11,736 nt of DNA, from the UHGV virus genome UHGV-0078047; one strand, written 5' to 3'. The notes beneath the pieces were generated by a model, which worked only from the letters and a program-made list of their open reading frames with translations, was not told where the DNA came from and ran no database searches. This document shows, one piece after another, positions 1 to 6,322 of the stretch (its first letter is position 1; each line of letters opens with the position of its first letter). The stretch comes from a virus. A program made the translations under genes and the position numbers.

Positions 1-119
1 GGGAGGATATGGTGATATGCGTTTCATCTTGCGTGAAGGCGGCAGCATGGGGGATTCGTTCAAGTAAAGATTCGGAAGGGCAGCCAGCAACAGGCCACCC
101 TGCAATGGCATATTGCATG
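1..119 (-). CDS. cIII: cIII-like protein, 5' part only (gene runs off the window start)
   Basis: Minus-strand ATG at 119..117 with AAGGAG RBS 7 nt upstream (complement of 124..129). Open to position 1, 39 codons without stop. First ~22 residues MQYAIAGWPVAGCPSESLLERI match lambda cIII as I recall it; the rest (PHAAAFTQDETHITISS) diverges. Not in the ORF track because it has no in-window stop. Confidence 0.5.
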
Positions 120-190
120 GTGTGCTCCTTATTTATACATAACGAAAAACGCCTCGAGTGAAGCGTAATTGGTATGCGGTAACGCCGCGC

Positions 191-559
191 TCAGGCGGCC
201 TTGATAGTCATATCATCTGAATCAAATATTCCTGATGTATCGATATCGGTAATTCTTATTCCTTCACTACCATCCATTGGAGGCCATCCTTCCTGACCAT
301 TTCCATCATTCCAGTCGAACTCACACACAACACCATATGCATTTAAGTCGCTTGAAATTGCTATAAGCAGAACATGTTGCGCCAGCATGATTAATACAGC
401 ATTTAATACAGAGCCGTGTTTATTGAGTCGGTATTCAGAGTCTGACCAGAAATTATTAATCTGGTGAAGTTTTTCCTCTGTCATTACGTCATGGTCGATT
501 TCAATTTCCATTGATGCTTTCCAGTCGTAATCAATGATGTATTTTTTGATGTTTGACAT
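191..559 (-). CDS. hypothetical early protein, 122 aa; positional and size analog of lambda Ea10
   Basis: ORF in track; GAGGAT RBS 7 nt upstream of ATG on the minus strand. 369 bp, the length I recall for lambda ea10, and 71 bp upstream of the cIII-like start, close to the lambda cIII-ea10 spacing as I recall it. Sequence identity to Ea10 could not be confirmed from memory. Confidence 0.6.
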   Translation of the reverse strand: MSNIKKYIIDYDWKASMEIEIDHDVMTEEKLHQINNFWSDSEYRLNKHGSVLNAVLIMLAQHVLLIAISSDLNAYGVVCEFDWNDGNGQEGWPPMDGSEGIRITDIDTSGIFDSDDMTIKAA

Positions 560-577
560 CTATTCATATCCTCATAG

Positions 578-605
578 ATAAAAAATCGCCCTCACACTGG
601 AGGGC
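578..605 (-). terminator. putative intrinsic terminator in the leftward operon, upstream of the 122-aa gene (tL-like)
   Basis: Inverted repeat GCCCTC (588..593) / GAGGGC (600..605) with 6-nt loop; on the minus strand it is followed after 2 nt by a run of 6 T (complement of the A-run at 578..586). Confidence 0.4.
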
Positions 606-722
606 AAAGAAGATTTCCAATAATCAGAACAAGTCGGCTCCTGTTTAGTTACGAGCGACATTGCTCAGTGTATTCACTCGTTGGAATGAATACACAGTGC
701 AGTGTTTATTCTGTTGTTTATG

Positions 723-748
723 CCAAAAGAAGGCCGACTATGCGGCCT
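723..748 (-). terminator. weaker hairpin plus T-rich tract downstream of the 87-aa gene
   Basis: Stem AGGCCG (731..736) / CGGCCT (743..748), 6-nt loop; minus-strand transcript continues TCTTTTGG. About 40 nt past the stop of the 790..1053 gene. Confidence 0.3.
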
Positions 749-789
749 GTGATGTTAGATTTACTTTCATTTTTGAACGGCAGCTACAA

Positions 790-1053
790 TTATGATGGAA
801 TGTACAAAACCACTTTCCAGTTCATAGAAGTGGATGATGGCATAAAATAATCCCACGACTCGTTAGCTACGAGCTCTTTATTAACTGTGGTGGCAGCAAT
901 TTCGGCATCGCCTTTATTATTAAAAATGTCGTTCGAATACTGACATTTTCCATCTGCATGCACATATAAAATATCATATGTCTCTGTATCGTAATAACCA
1001 CTTATGTCTCTGATAACAATTCCTGGCTTCAATGATTTAATTTTCTCGTCCAT
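790..1053 (-). CDS. hypothetical protein, 87 aa, unknown function
   Basis: ORF in track; strong RBS GAGGTGAGATATG on the minus strand. No family recognised by eye. Sits between N and the ea10-like gene, where lambda has ral/sieB. Confidence 0.65.
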   Translation of the reverse strand: MDEKIKSLKPGIVIRDISGYYDTETYDILYVHADGKCQYSNDIFNNKGDAEIAATTVNKELVANESWDYFMPSSTSMNWKVVLYIPS

Positions 1054-1107
1054 ATCTCACCTCAAATAAGTGGTTTGCTGCGAAAATAAATCCGCTTAAG
1101 TTACCTG

Positions 1108-1245
1108 TTATTTATCCCACCAAGTTCCGTATCTATCTATCCAGTTACACCAATCATCGACACTCCATTTTGCTGTGTCGCATTTTGGCAAATGGCATGA
1201 ATATCTACCTTCTTTGTAAAGTCGGCGTTTGACTTTCTTGAGCAT
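1108..1245 (-). CDS. possible small Cys/Trp-rich protein, 45 aa
   Basis: Hand translation of the minus strand: MLKKVKRRLYKEGRYSCHLPKCDTAKWSVDDWCNWIDRYGTWWDK. ATG at 1245..1243 preceded by GAGGTGA, which overlaps the N stop codon. Below the ORF-track size cut-off. Confidence 0.35.
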   Translation of the reverse strand: MLKKVKRRLYKEGRYSCHLPKCDTAKWSVDDWCNWIDRYGTWWDK

Positions 1246-1253
1246 GGCTCACC

Positions 1254-1559
1254 TCAATCGTAATAAGCTGGAATTGATTTTCCGCGTTGTTTCTGGCGGC
1301 CTGAGCAAGTCACACCCATTTCACTGCGTGGCTTGCGGTAGTAAATACGGTTCTGTTTACGCTCGACTTCTTCTGCCTTCTTGCAGCGAAGGCTTCCGAG
1401 TGATGCTGCTTTATCTGCTCTGACGCAACCAGAGAGCTTTAGCGCAATTTTTCGCGCCAGTCGCTGCTCTTGCATTGCCTGTTCACGTTGAGCCTGTCTG
1501 CGTGCTCTGCGGCGATTTCTGGCGTTATCGTCAGCCAGATATGTAATGACTACTGCCAT
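1254..1559 (-). CDS. N: N-type transcription antitermination protein, 101 aa
   Basis: Arginine-rich N-terminal motif NARNRRRARRQAQ; C-terminal ...YYRKPRSEMGVTCSGRQKQRGKSIP resembles the lambda and phage 21 N C-termini as I recall them. GGAGG RBS upstream; located immediately downstream of the pL/nutL region. Confidence 0.85.
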   Translation of the reverse strand: MAVVITYLADDNARNRRRARRQAQREQAMQEQRLARKIALKLSGCVRADKAASLGSLRCKKAEEVERKQNRIYYRKPRSEMGVTCSGRQKQRGKSIPAYYD

Positions 1560-1702
1560 GTTGACCTCCGATGATTGACTTTGGCGATTGGATGGCCGGT
1601 GCTGAACTCCGGCTTATTTACAGGCACCTTGTTCTCCCGAAGCTCTCCTGCGCGCATCAGCCTGCGCATTCATCCAATCCCAAAGCCAACTACTCTTTGG
1701 TT

Positions 1703-1742
1703 CCCGCATTTCGGCGGGACAATTCCATCAATGTTAAAGAGC
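1703..1742 (-). promoter_or_regulatory. nutL: boxA plus boxB-like hairpin
   Basis: Minus strand reads GCTCTTTAACA (complement of 1732..1742), 13 nt spacer, then CCCGCCGAAATGCGGG (complement of 1703..1718). The same boxA and the identical 16-mer occur downstream of cro on the plus strand. Confidence 0.6.
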
Positions 1743-1788
1743 CTGCCAATCTGTTCCGTTTGGCTACCAGCGTCCTGCTGATGGCTTA

Positions 1789-1842
1789 AATTTAAGATCT
1801 CTTTAATTAATGGTCAAGAGTATTTTTGAAGAAAACTTAAAT
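1789..1842 (-). promoter_or_regulatory. pL with OL operators (P22-type 18-bp sites)
   Basis: ATTTAAGATCTCTTTAAT (1790..1807) matches the P22 operator consensus ANTNAAGNNNNCTTNANT at 10 of 10 fixed positions; TTTGAAGAAAACTTAAAT (1825..1842) matches 9 of 10. Minus-strand -35 TTGACC (complement of 1812..1817) and a -10-like TAAATT (complement of 1789..1794) with 17-bp spacing. Confidence 0.6.
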
Positions 1843-1883
1843 TTTCTTTCGTAACTTAAGTTTGGCTTTGATTTTTAAAGGAA

Positions 1884-1907
1884 ATAAAAAAAGGGGCGAA
1901 TGCCCCC
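1884..1907 (-). terminator. intrinsic terminator immediately after the repressor gene
   Basis: Minus-strand transcript reads GGGGGCATTCGCCCC followed by TTTTTTT; the stem begins 1 nt after the c2 stop codon. Confidence 0.7.
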
Positions 1908-2558
1908 TTATGGAAGGTTTGCTAGTTTTGCATCGACAACTACGCCGATGATTTTGCAGTTCCCGTTGATCTCGATCATCGGATATTGTGGGTTAAGTGG
2001 TTTTAGAAACTTCCTGCCTGCATCAATAACTAACTTCTTGAAAGTTGCCTCGTTTTCTCCTTCGAGCTTTGCAACTACCAGTTTCCCGTTACGCGGCTCT
2101 ACTTCAGGATCGACGAGTATTATCATTCCTTCAGGGATACTGAGACCGGCCGGAGCCGTCATTGAGTCTCCCTTCACGTCCAACCAAAACGAATCTTCTG
2201 AACAGTCTACGGTTGTATCGTACCAGTTATCTATTGCACGCTTATGATATGGTTCTACAGCTTCCATCCAGCATCCTGCGCTCACCCAGCTAATCAGAGG
2301 GTATGACCCTCTTGGATCATGCCTACTGTGATAGGCAATGTTTGAAAGACTTTCCTCTCCTTTCATCAGATAGTCAGGGGAACACTTCAACGCATTAGCC
2401 AGGGCGAGAAGATTCTCTCCATTTGGCTCTGTCTCAGAGCGTTCCCACTGAGATATGGCAACATTAGACACGCCGACCATCTTTCCAAGTGCGGCCTGCC
2501 TGATCTTGAGTTCTTTTCTCCGAGCGCGAATGCGCTCTCCCATCAATTGAGTTTTCAT
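1908..2558 (-). CDS. c2: P22 c2-type repressor (CI-like, HTH plus LexA-like C-terminal domain), 216 aa
   Basis: ORF in track. MKTQLMGERIRARRKELKIRQAALGKMVGVSNVAISQWERSE... matches P22 c2 closely as I recall it; divergently arranged with cro across the operator region. Confidence 0.95.
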   Translation of the reverse strand: MKTQLMGERIRARRKELKIRQAALGKMVGVSNVAISQWERSETEPNGENLLALANALKCSPDYLMKGEESLSNIAYHSRHDPRGSYPLISWVSAGCWMEAVEPYHKRAIDNWYDTTVDCSEDSFWLDVKGDSMTAPAGLSIPEGMIILVDPEVEPRNGKLVVAKLEGENEATFKKLVIDAGRKFLKPLNPQYPMIEINGNCKIIGVVVDAKLANLP

Positions 2559-2624
2559 AGTTAAGACATCTTAAATAAACTTGACTTAAGATTCCTTTAG
2601 TGGATAATTTAAGTGTTCTTTAAT
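2559..2624. promoter_or_regulatory. OR3-OR2-OR1 operators with PR (rightward) and PRM (leftward)
   Basis: Three 18-bp sites each matching ANTNAAGNNNNCTTNANT at all fixed positions: AGTTAAGACATCTTAAAT (2559..2576), ACTTAAGATTCCTTTAGT (2584..2601), ATTTAAGTGTTCTTTAAT (2607..2624). PR -35 TTGACT (2581..2586) and -10 GATAAT (2603..2608). Confidence 0.8.
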
Positions 2625-2638
2625 TTCGGAGCGAGTCT

Positions 2639-2824
2639 ATGTACAAGAAAGATGTTATCGACCACTTCGGAACCCAGCGTGCTGTAGCTAAAGCGTTAGG
2701 CATTAGCGACGCAGCAGTCTCTCAGTGGAAGGAAGTCATCCCAGAGAAAGACGCCTATCGACTGGAAGTCGTTACAGCTGGCGCCCTGAAGTATCAAGAA
2801 AGCGCTTACCGCAAAGCGGCATAA
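2639..2824 (+). CDS. cro: Cro repressor, P22 type, 61 aa
   Basis: ORF in track; MYKKDVIDHFGTQRAVAKALGISDAAVSQWKE... matches P22 Cro as I recall it; first gene downstream of PR. Confidence 0.9.
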   Translation: MYKKDVIDHFGTQRAVAKALGISDAAVSQWKEVIPEKDAYRLEVVTAGALKYQESAYRKAA

Positions 2825-2831
2825 GCAAATT

Positions 2832-2875
2832 GCTCTTTAACAGTCATGGTCCTCATTCCCGCCGAAATGCGGGAA
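2832..2875 (+). promoter_or_regulatory. nutR: boxA plus boxB-like hairpin
   Basis: GCTCTTTAACA at 2832..2842 (same core as E. coli rrn boxA), then 15 nt, then CCCGCCGAAATGCGGG at 2858..2873 (stem can extend to TTCCCGC/GCGGGAA, 2856..2875). Identical 16-mer to nutL. Confidence 0.65.
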
Positions 2876-2932
2876 TACAACGCGCATAAGTTGATGCGCA
2901 TAACTTCTTATTTGTTAAGGAAATACTTACAT

Positions 2933-3226
2933 ATGGTTCGTGCAAACAAACGCAACGAGGCTCTAAGAATCGAGAGTGCGTTGCTTAACAAAATCGCAAT
3001 GCTTGGAACTGAGAAGACAGCGGAAGCTGTGGGAGTTGATAAGTCGCAGATCAGCAGGTGGAAGAGGGATTGGATTCCAAAGTTCTCAATGCTGCTTGCT
3101 GTTCTTGAATGGGGTGTCGTTGACGACGACATGGCTCGATTGGCACGACAAGTTGCTTCGATTCTCACCAATAAAAAACGCCCGGCGGCAACCGAGCGTT
3201 CTGAACAAATCCAGATGGAATTCTGA
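2933..3226 (+). CDS. cII: CII transcriptional activator, lambda type, 97 aa
   Basis: [51 protein letters not shown]... matches lambda CII from memory. The track ORF 2846..3226 is longer; the true start is the internal ATG at 2933, which gives 97 aa. Confidence 0.9.
   Translation: MVRANKRNEALRIESALLNKIAMLGTEKTAEAVGVDKSQISRWKRDWIPKFSMLLAVLEWGVVDDDMARLARQVASILTNKKRPAATERSEQIQMEF
2942..2955 (-). promoter_or_regulatory. CII-binding site of PRE (TTGC-N6-TTGC)
   Basis: Plus strand GCAAACAAACGCAA is TTGCGTTTGTTTGC on the minus strand, a direct TTGC repeat with 6-bp spacing inside the first codons of cII, as in lambda PRE. Confidence 0.6.
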
Positions 3227-3248
3227 GGTCATTACTGGATCAATCCAC
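3171..3248 (-). ncRNA. oop: oop antisense RNA, about 77 nt, overlapping the 3' end of cII
   Basis: Minus strand reads GTGGATTGATCCAGTAATGACCTCAGAATTCCATCTGGATTTGTTCAGAACGCTCGGTTGCCGCCGGGCGTTTTTTATT, nearly identical to lambda oop as I recall it, ending in a GC-rich hairpin and T6. Confidence 0.6.
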
Positions 3249-3258
3249 AGGAGTAATT

Positions 3259-3405
3259 ATGACAAAACAACTCAGTCCTTACCAGGACAAAATTCACAAA
3301 CACATACTACGTGATCGCTTCCTGTCCAGCTTCAAGCAGCCTGGTCGATTCCGGGCTGAGTTGGAAAAAGTGAAGCTGATGCAGAAGGAGAAAGGTCATG
3401 ATTAA
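3259..3405 (+). CDS. possible small protein, 48 aa, between cII and the O-like gene
   Basis: Hand translation [56 protein letters not shown] at 3249..3253. Its ATG and RBS sit where lambda has the O start. 3' end overlaps the O-like ATG by 8 nt. Confidence 0.35.
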   Translation: MTKQLSPYQDKIHKHILRDRFLSSFKQPGRFRAELEKVKLMQKEKGHD

Positions 3406-4258
3406 TCTTGCAACCGTAACACATTTAAGGCCTTCACAACGGCCTGTGGAGCGTCGTGTGGCAGAAGTTGAAGATGGTTATACCCGTCTTGCAAATGCCC
3501 TGTATGAAGAGCTTATCGGCGCAGATTTAACGAAAAATCAGAGCAAGGTTGCCCACGCCATATGCCGTAAAACATACGGCTACGGTAAAAAGATGGATCG
3601 CATCTCTGATAGTCAGTTAGCTCAAATTACCAGGCTGCCAAGACAGAAGGTAAACAAGGCCAAGAATGAGCTTATCGCGATGAAGGTTATCCTTCGCGAA
3701 GGCCAGCAAATCGGGCCTAACAAGAACATCGAAGAATGGAAAATCGAAGGGTGTCACTACTCTGGTGATAATGTCACTGCATTGGTGACAAAAAGTGTCA
3801 CCAAAACGGTGACAGCGCTGTCACCAAAACAGGGACACACAAAAGAAACTATTACAAAAGAAAAAAGAAATAATAAAAACACTATGTCCGAAAGTGTTCG
3901 GACGGAGTGTGAAAAATCACCTGACCGTCACGAAGAAACCGACAAGGCATTCGAGGAAATATTCTGGTGTGCAGGCATGCGGAAAGCCGGGAAGAAAAAC
4001 GCAGCTACGGCATTCAGAACACAGTTCAGGGAATGGCGTAAAACTACCAAGGGTACGGCAAGCGAGTTTGCCACGATGCTGGCAGAAGACATCGCATGCA
4101 GGAATGGTAAGCAGTTCGGATTCGACAGGTTGTTACCATCGAGCTACCTGAACGGTCAGCGCTGGAACGACGAAAAGCCAGAAACCATTCAACCACAATC
4201 TAAACCATCATCCGCAATCACCGTATCGAAAACTGGCTACGTGTTTTTCGACAGGTGA
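3398..4258 (+). CDS. O: replication initiator, lambda O-like N-terminal domain with divergent C-terminal domain, 286 aa
   Basis: Residues ~25..115 ([14 protein letters not shown]...[11 protein letters not shown]...[16 protein letters not shown]...GPNKNIEEW) align with the lambda O N-terminal domain from memory. Contains the iteron array. C-terminal half not lambda-like. Confidence 0.9.
   Translation: MINLATVTHLRPSQRPVERRVAEVEDGYTRLANALYEELIGADLTKNQSKVAHAICRKTYGYGKKMDRISDSQLAQITRLPRQKVNKAKNELIAMKVILREGQQIGPNKNIEEWKIEGCHYSGDNVTALVTKSVTKTVTALSPKQGHTKETITKEKRNNKNTMSESVRTECEKSPDRHEETDKAFEEIFWCAGMRKAGKKNAATAFRTQFREWRKTTKGTASEFATMLAEDIACRNGKQFGFDRLLPSSYLNGQRWNDEKPETIQPQSKPSSAITVSKTGYVFFDR
3751..3885. 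repeat. origin of replication: inverted-repeat iterons plus AT-rich tract inside the O-like gene
   Basis: Repeated GTCAC...GTGAC palindromic units, including TGTCACTGCATTGGTGACA (3772..3790), GGTGACAAAAAGTGTCACC (3784..3802) and GGTGACAGCGCTGTCACC (3808..3825), followed by an A/T-rich stretch at 3841..3885. Same layout as ori-lambda. Confidence 0.6.
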
Positions 4259-4261
4259 ACC

Positions 4262-4369
4262 ATGAAATCAAAAATCAAATCGCTACTGGTCGCTGGTTAT
4301 AACCACGGCTGGTTAAGTATTTCGTTTGTCGATTTCTGGTTTAAAAATCTCAATCTGAGGGAATCATGA
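4262..4369 (+). CDS. possible small hydrophobic peptide, 35 aa, translationally coupled to the primase/helicase gene
   Basis: Hand translation MKSKIKSLLVAGYNHGWLSISFVDFWFKNLNLRES. AGGTGA RBS at 4253..4258; its stop overlaps the primase ATG as ATGA (4366..4369). Confidence 0.3.
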   Translation: MKSKIKSLLVAGYNHGWLSISFVDFWFKNLNLRES

Positions 4370-6246
4370 CGCCAAGTGAACTTAGCGACCTGCTTTGGGC
4401 GCAGGTTGACAGGGTGGCTCCGCACCTGTTGCCGAACGGCAAGAAAGAGGGGCATGAGTGGGTTGCCGGTAACGTCAACGGTGACAAGGGAAACAGCCTT
4501 AAGGTCAACCTTAGCGGCAAGAAAAAATGGGCTGATTTCGCTGAGGGAGACGGCGGTGACATGCTTGATTTGTGGATGGCATGTCGAGGAATTAACCTGC
4601 ATCAGGCTATGCAGGAAGCGAAAGCATTTCTCGGTATCAAGGATGACGATCACCATTTCGATGCCAAACGTGAGAAGAAATTCTCCAGACCTGATCGCAA
4701 GAAAATCGCCCGCTACGTTACCAGAACAGAATCCCATCTTGAGTACCTGCAATCGCGTGGCATATCGCCAGAAGTCGTAAAGCGCTACGAGGTTGTCAGC
4801 GGCAAGGTGTGGAATGGAGAACGAGAACTGGATGCTCTGGTGCTTCCGTACAAACGCGATGGTGAGTTGTTGCAGGTCAAGCGAATCAGCACTGAGCGCC
4901 CGGACGGGAAGAAAGTCATTATGGCAGAAGGTGATTGCGAACCTTGTCTGTTCGGATGGCAGGCTCTGGACGCTGGCGTGAGGGCGGTTGTGCTTTGCGA
5001 AGGCGAAATTGATTGTATGAGCTATGCGCAATACGGCATCTCGGCGTTATCCGTGCCGTTTGGTGGCGGGAAAGGTGCTAAGCAACAGTGGATTGAGTTT
5101 GAGTATCACAACCTCGACAGGTTTGAGGAGATATTCATCTCGATGGACGTTGATGATGTTGGTCGTGAAGCCGCAAGGGAAATCGCAAGCCGACTCGGTG
5201 AACATCGTTGCCGTCTTGTTACTCTGCCGTACAAAGACATCAACGAATGCCTGATGAACGGTGTTACCGAGGATGAAATCTGGCAGTACATCGGCACGGC
5301 ATCCTACTTCGATCCTGAAGAACTCTACAGTGCGCGAGAGTTTTACCAGGACACTATCAACGCTTTCTACGGCAAGCAGCAGTATCTGTTTAATCCACCG
5401 TGGGAATCTCTGGCAGATAAATTCCAGTTCCGTGAGGCAGAGTTGACGCTGGTCAATGGTGTGAACGGTCACGGAAAAACGGAGGTTGTCGGGCATATGG
5501 CACTTGAGGCAATGCGTCAGGGTGTGAAGACGTGCATCGCGTCACTTGAGCTGAAGCCAGGCATTCTCCTTAAGCGACTTACCCGTCAGGCAACGTGCTG
5601 CAAGATGCCGCCAGTGCTGGAAATTGACTCTGCATTTAAATTTTATGACGAAAGACTTTGGGTGTTTGGCCTGACCGGAACGGCGAAAGCCGACAGGCTG
5701 ATCGAAATATTCGACTACGCTCGCCGCCGATACGGTATCCAGTTATTCATCATCGACAGCCTGATGAAATGTGGCATAGGCGACGATGACTATAACGGGC
5801 AGAAGGCGTTTGTTGACTCGATTTGCGACTTCAAAAACAAAACAAACTCCCACGTCATTCTCGTTACTCACTCGCGAAAAGGAGACAGCGAAGAAAAACC
5901 AACCGGGAAAATGGACGTAAAAGGCTCTGGAGCGATAACAGACCTGACAGACAACCTTTTCATCATCTGGCGTAACAAGGCTCGCGAGAGAGCGTTACAG
6001 AGAGTTCAGAGTGGTGAAAAGATGTCAGAGAAGGACGAACAGCTACTGGCATCTCCGGCATCTGTTTTGATGCTTGAAAAACAACGTAACGGCGAAGGTT
6101 GGGAGGGTGGTGTCCCGTTGTTCCTTGACGAGCAATCGCACCAGTTCCTGCAACTTGAATCAGGATCGCCATATAGCTACATCGCCAATATGCCGAAATC
6201 GGAATATGACGAGGCGTGGCGACAGGAAAACGTGACGGAGTATTAA
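4366..6246 (+). CDS. bifunctional DNA primase/helicase (Toprim domain plus RecA-fold helicase), 626 aa
   Basis: Toprim signatures VLCEGEIDCMSY and MDVDD; Walker A NGVNGHGKTE; Walker B-like LFIIDSLMK. N-terminal region looks like a cysteine-free analog of a primase zinc-binding domain. Occupies the position of lambda P. Confidence 0.9.
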   Translation: MTPSELSDLLWAQVDRVAPHLLPNGKKEGHEWVAGNVNGDKGNSLKVNLSGKKKWADFAEGDGGDMLDLWMACRGINLHQAMQEAKAFLGIKDDDHHFDAKREKKFSRPDRKKIARYVTRTESHLEYLQSRGISPEVVKRYEVVSGKVWNGERELDALVLPYKRDGELLQVKRISTERPDGKKVIMAEGDCEPCLFGWQALDAGVRAVVLCEGEIDCMSYAQYGISALSVPFGGGKGAKQQWIEFEYHNLDRFEEIFISMDVDDVGREAAREIASRLGEHRCRLVTLPYKDINECLMNGVTEDEIWQYIGTASYFDPEELYSAREFYQDTINAFYGKQQYLFNPPWESLADKFQFREAELTLVNGVNGHGKTEVVGHMALEAMRQGVKTCIASLELKPGILLKRLTRQATCCKMPPVLEIDSAFKFYDERLWVFGLTGTAKADRLIEIFDYARRRYGIQLFIIDSLMKCGIGDDDYNGQKAFVDSICDFKNKTNSHVILVTHSRKGDSEEKPTGKMDVKGSGAITDLTDNLFIIWRNKARERALQRVQSGEKMSEKDEQLLASPASVLMLEKQRNGEGWEGGVPLFLDEQSHQFLQLESGSPYSYIANMPKSEYDEAWRQENVTEY

Positions 6247-6275
6247 ATGACCATCTACATCACTGAGCTAATAAC

Positions 6276-6308
6276 AGGCCTGCTGGTAATCGCAGGCCTT
6301 TTTATTTG
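6276..6308 (+). terminator. intrinsic terminator after the replication genes (tR2-like position)
   Basis: Perfect 8-bp stem AGGCCTGC (6276..6283) / GCAGGCCT (6292..6299), 8-nt loop, then TTTTTATTT. Confidence 0.7.
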
Positions 6309-6322
6309 GGGGAGAGGGAAGT

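Noticed and set aside
1-67. Short plus-strand reading frame ending at TAA 65..67
   Set aside because: Overlaps the better-supported minus-strand cIII-like gene, which has a strong RBS; too short and without context to call.
668-850. 60-aa ORF on the plus strand
   Set aside because: Non-ATG start without an RBS; overlaps the 3' end of the 87-aa minus-strand gene and the intergenic hairpins.
1571-1789. Two overlapping plus-strand ORFs (72 and 68 aa)
   Set aside because: They lie in the pL-nutL leader upstream of N on the opposite strand, with no RBS; the region is better explained as nutL and leader.
1900-2247. 115-aa ORF on the plus strand
   Set aside because: Antisense to the well-supported c2 repressor gene; Ser/Thr-rich translation without an RBS.
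2846-2932. N-terminal extension of the cII ORF shown in the track
   Set aside because: It overlaps the nutR hairpins, and the conserved CII sequence begins at the internal ATG at 2933 with the expected 97-aa length.
4297-5031. 244-aa ORF on the minus strand
   Set aside because: Entirely antisense to the primase/helicase gene, which has clear catalytic motifs. Cys/Ser/Leu-rich low-complexity translation typical of a shadow ORF.
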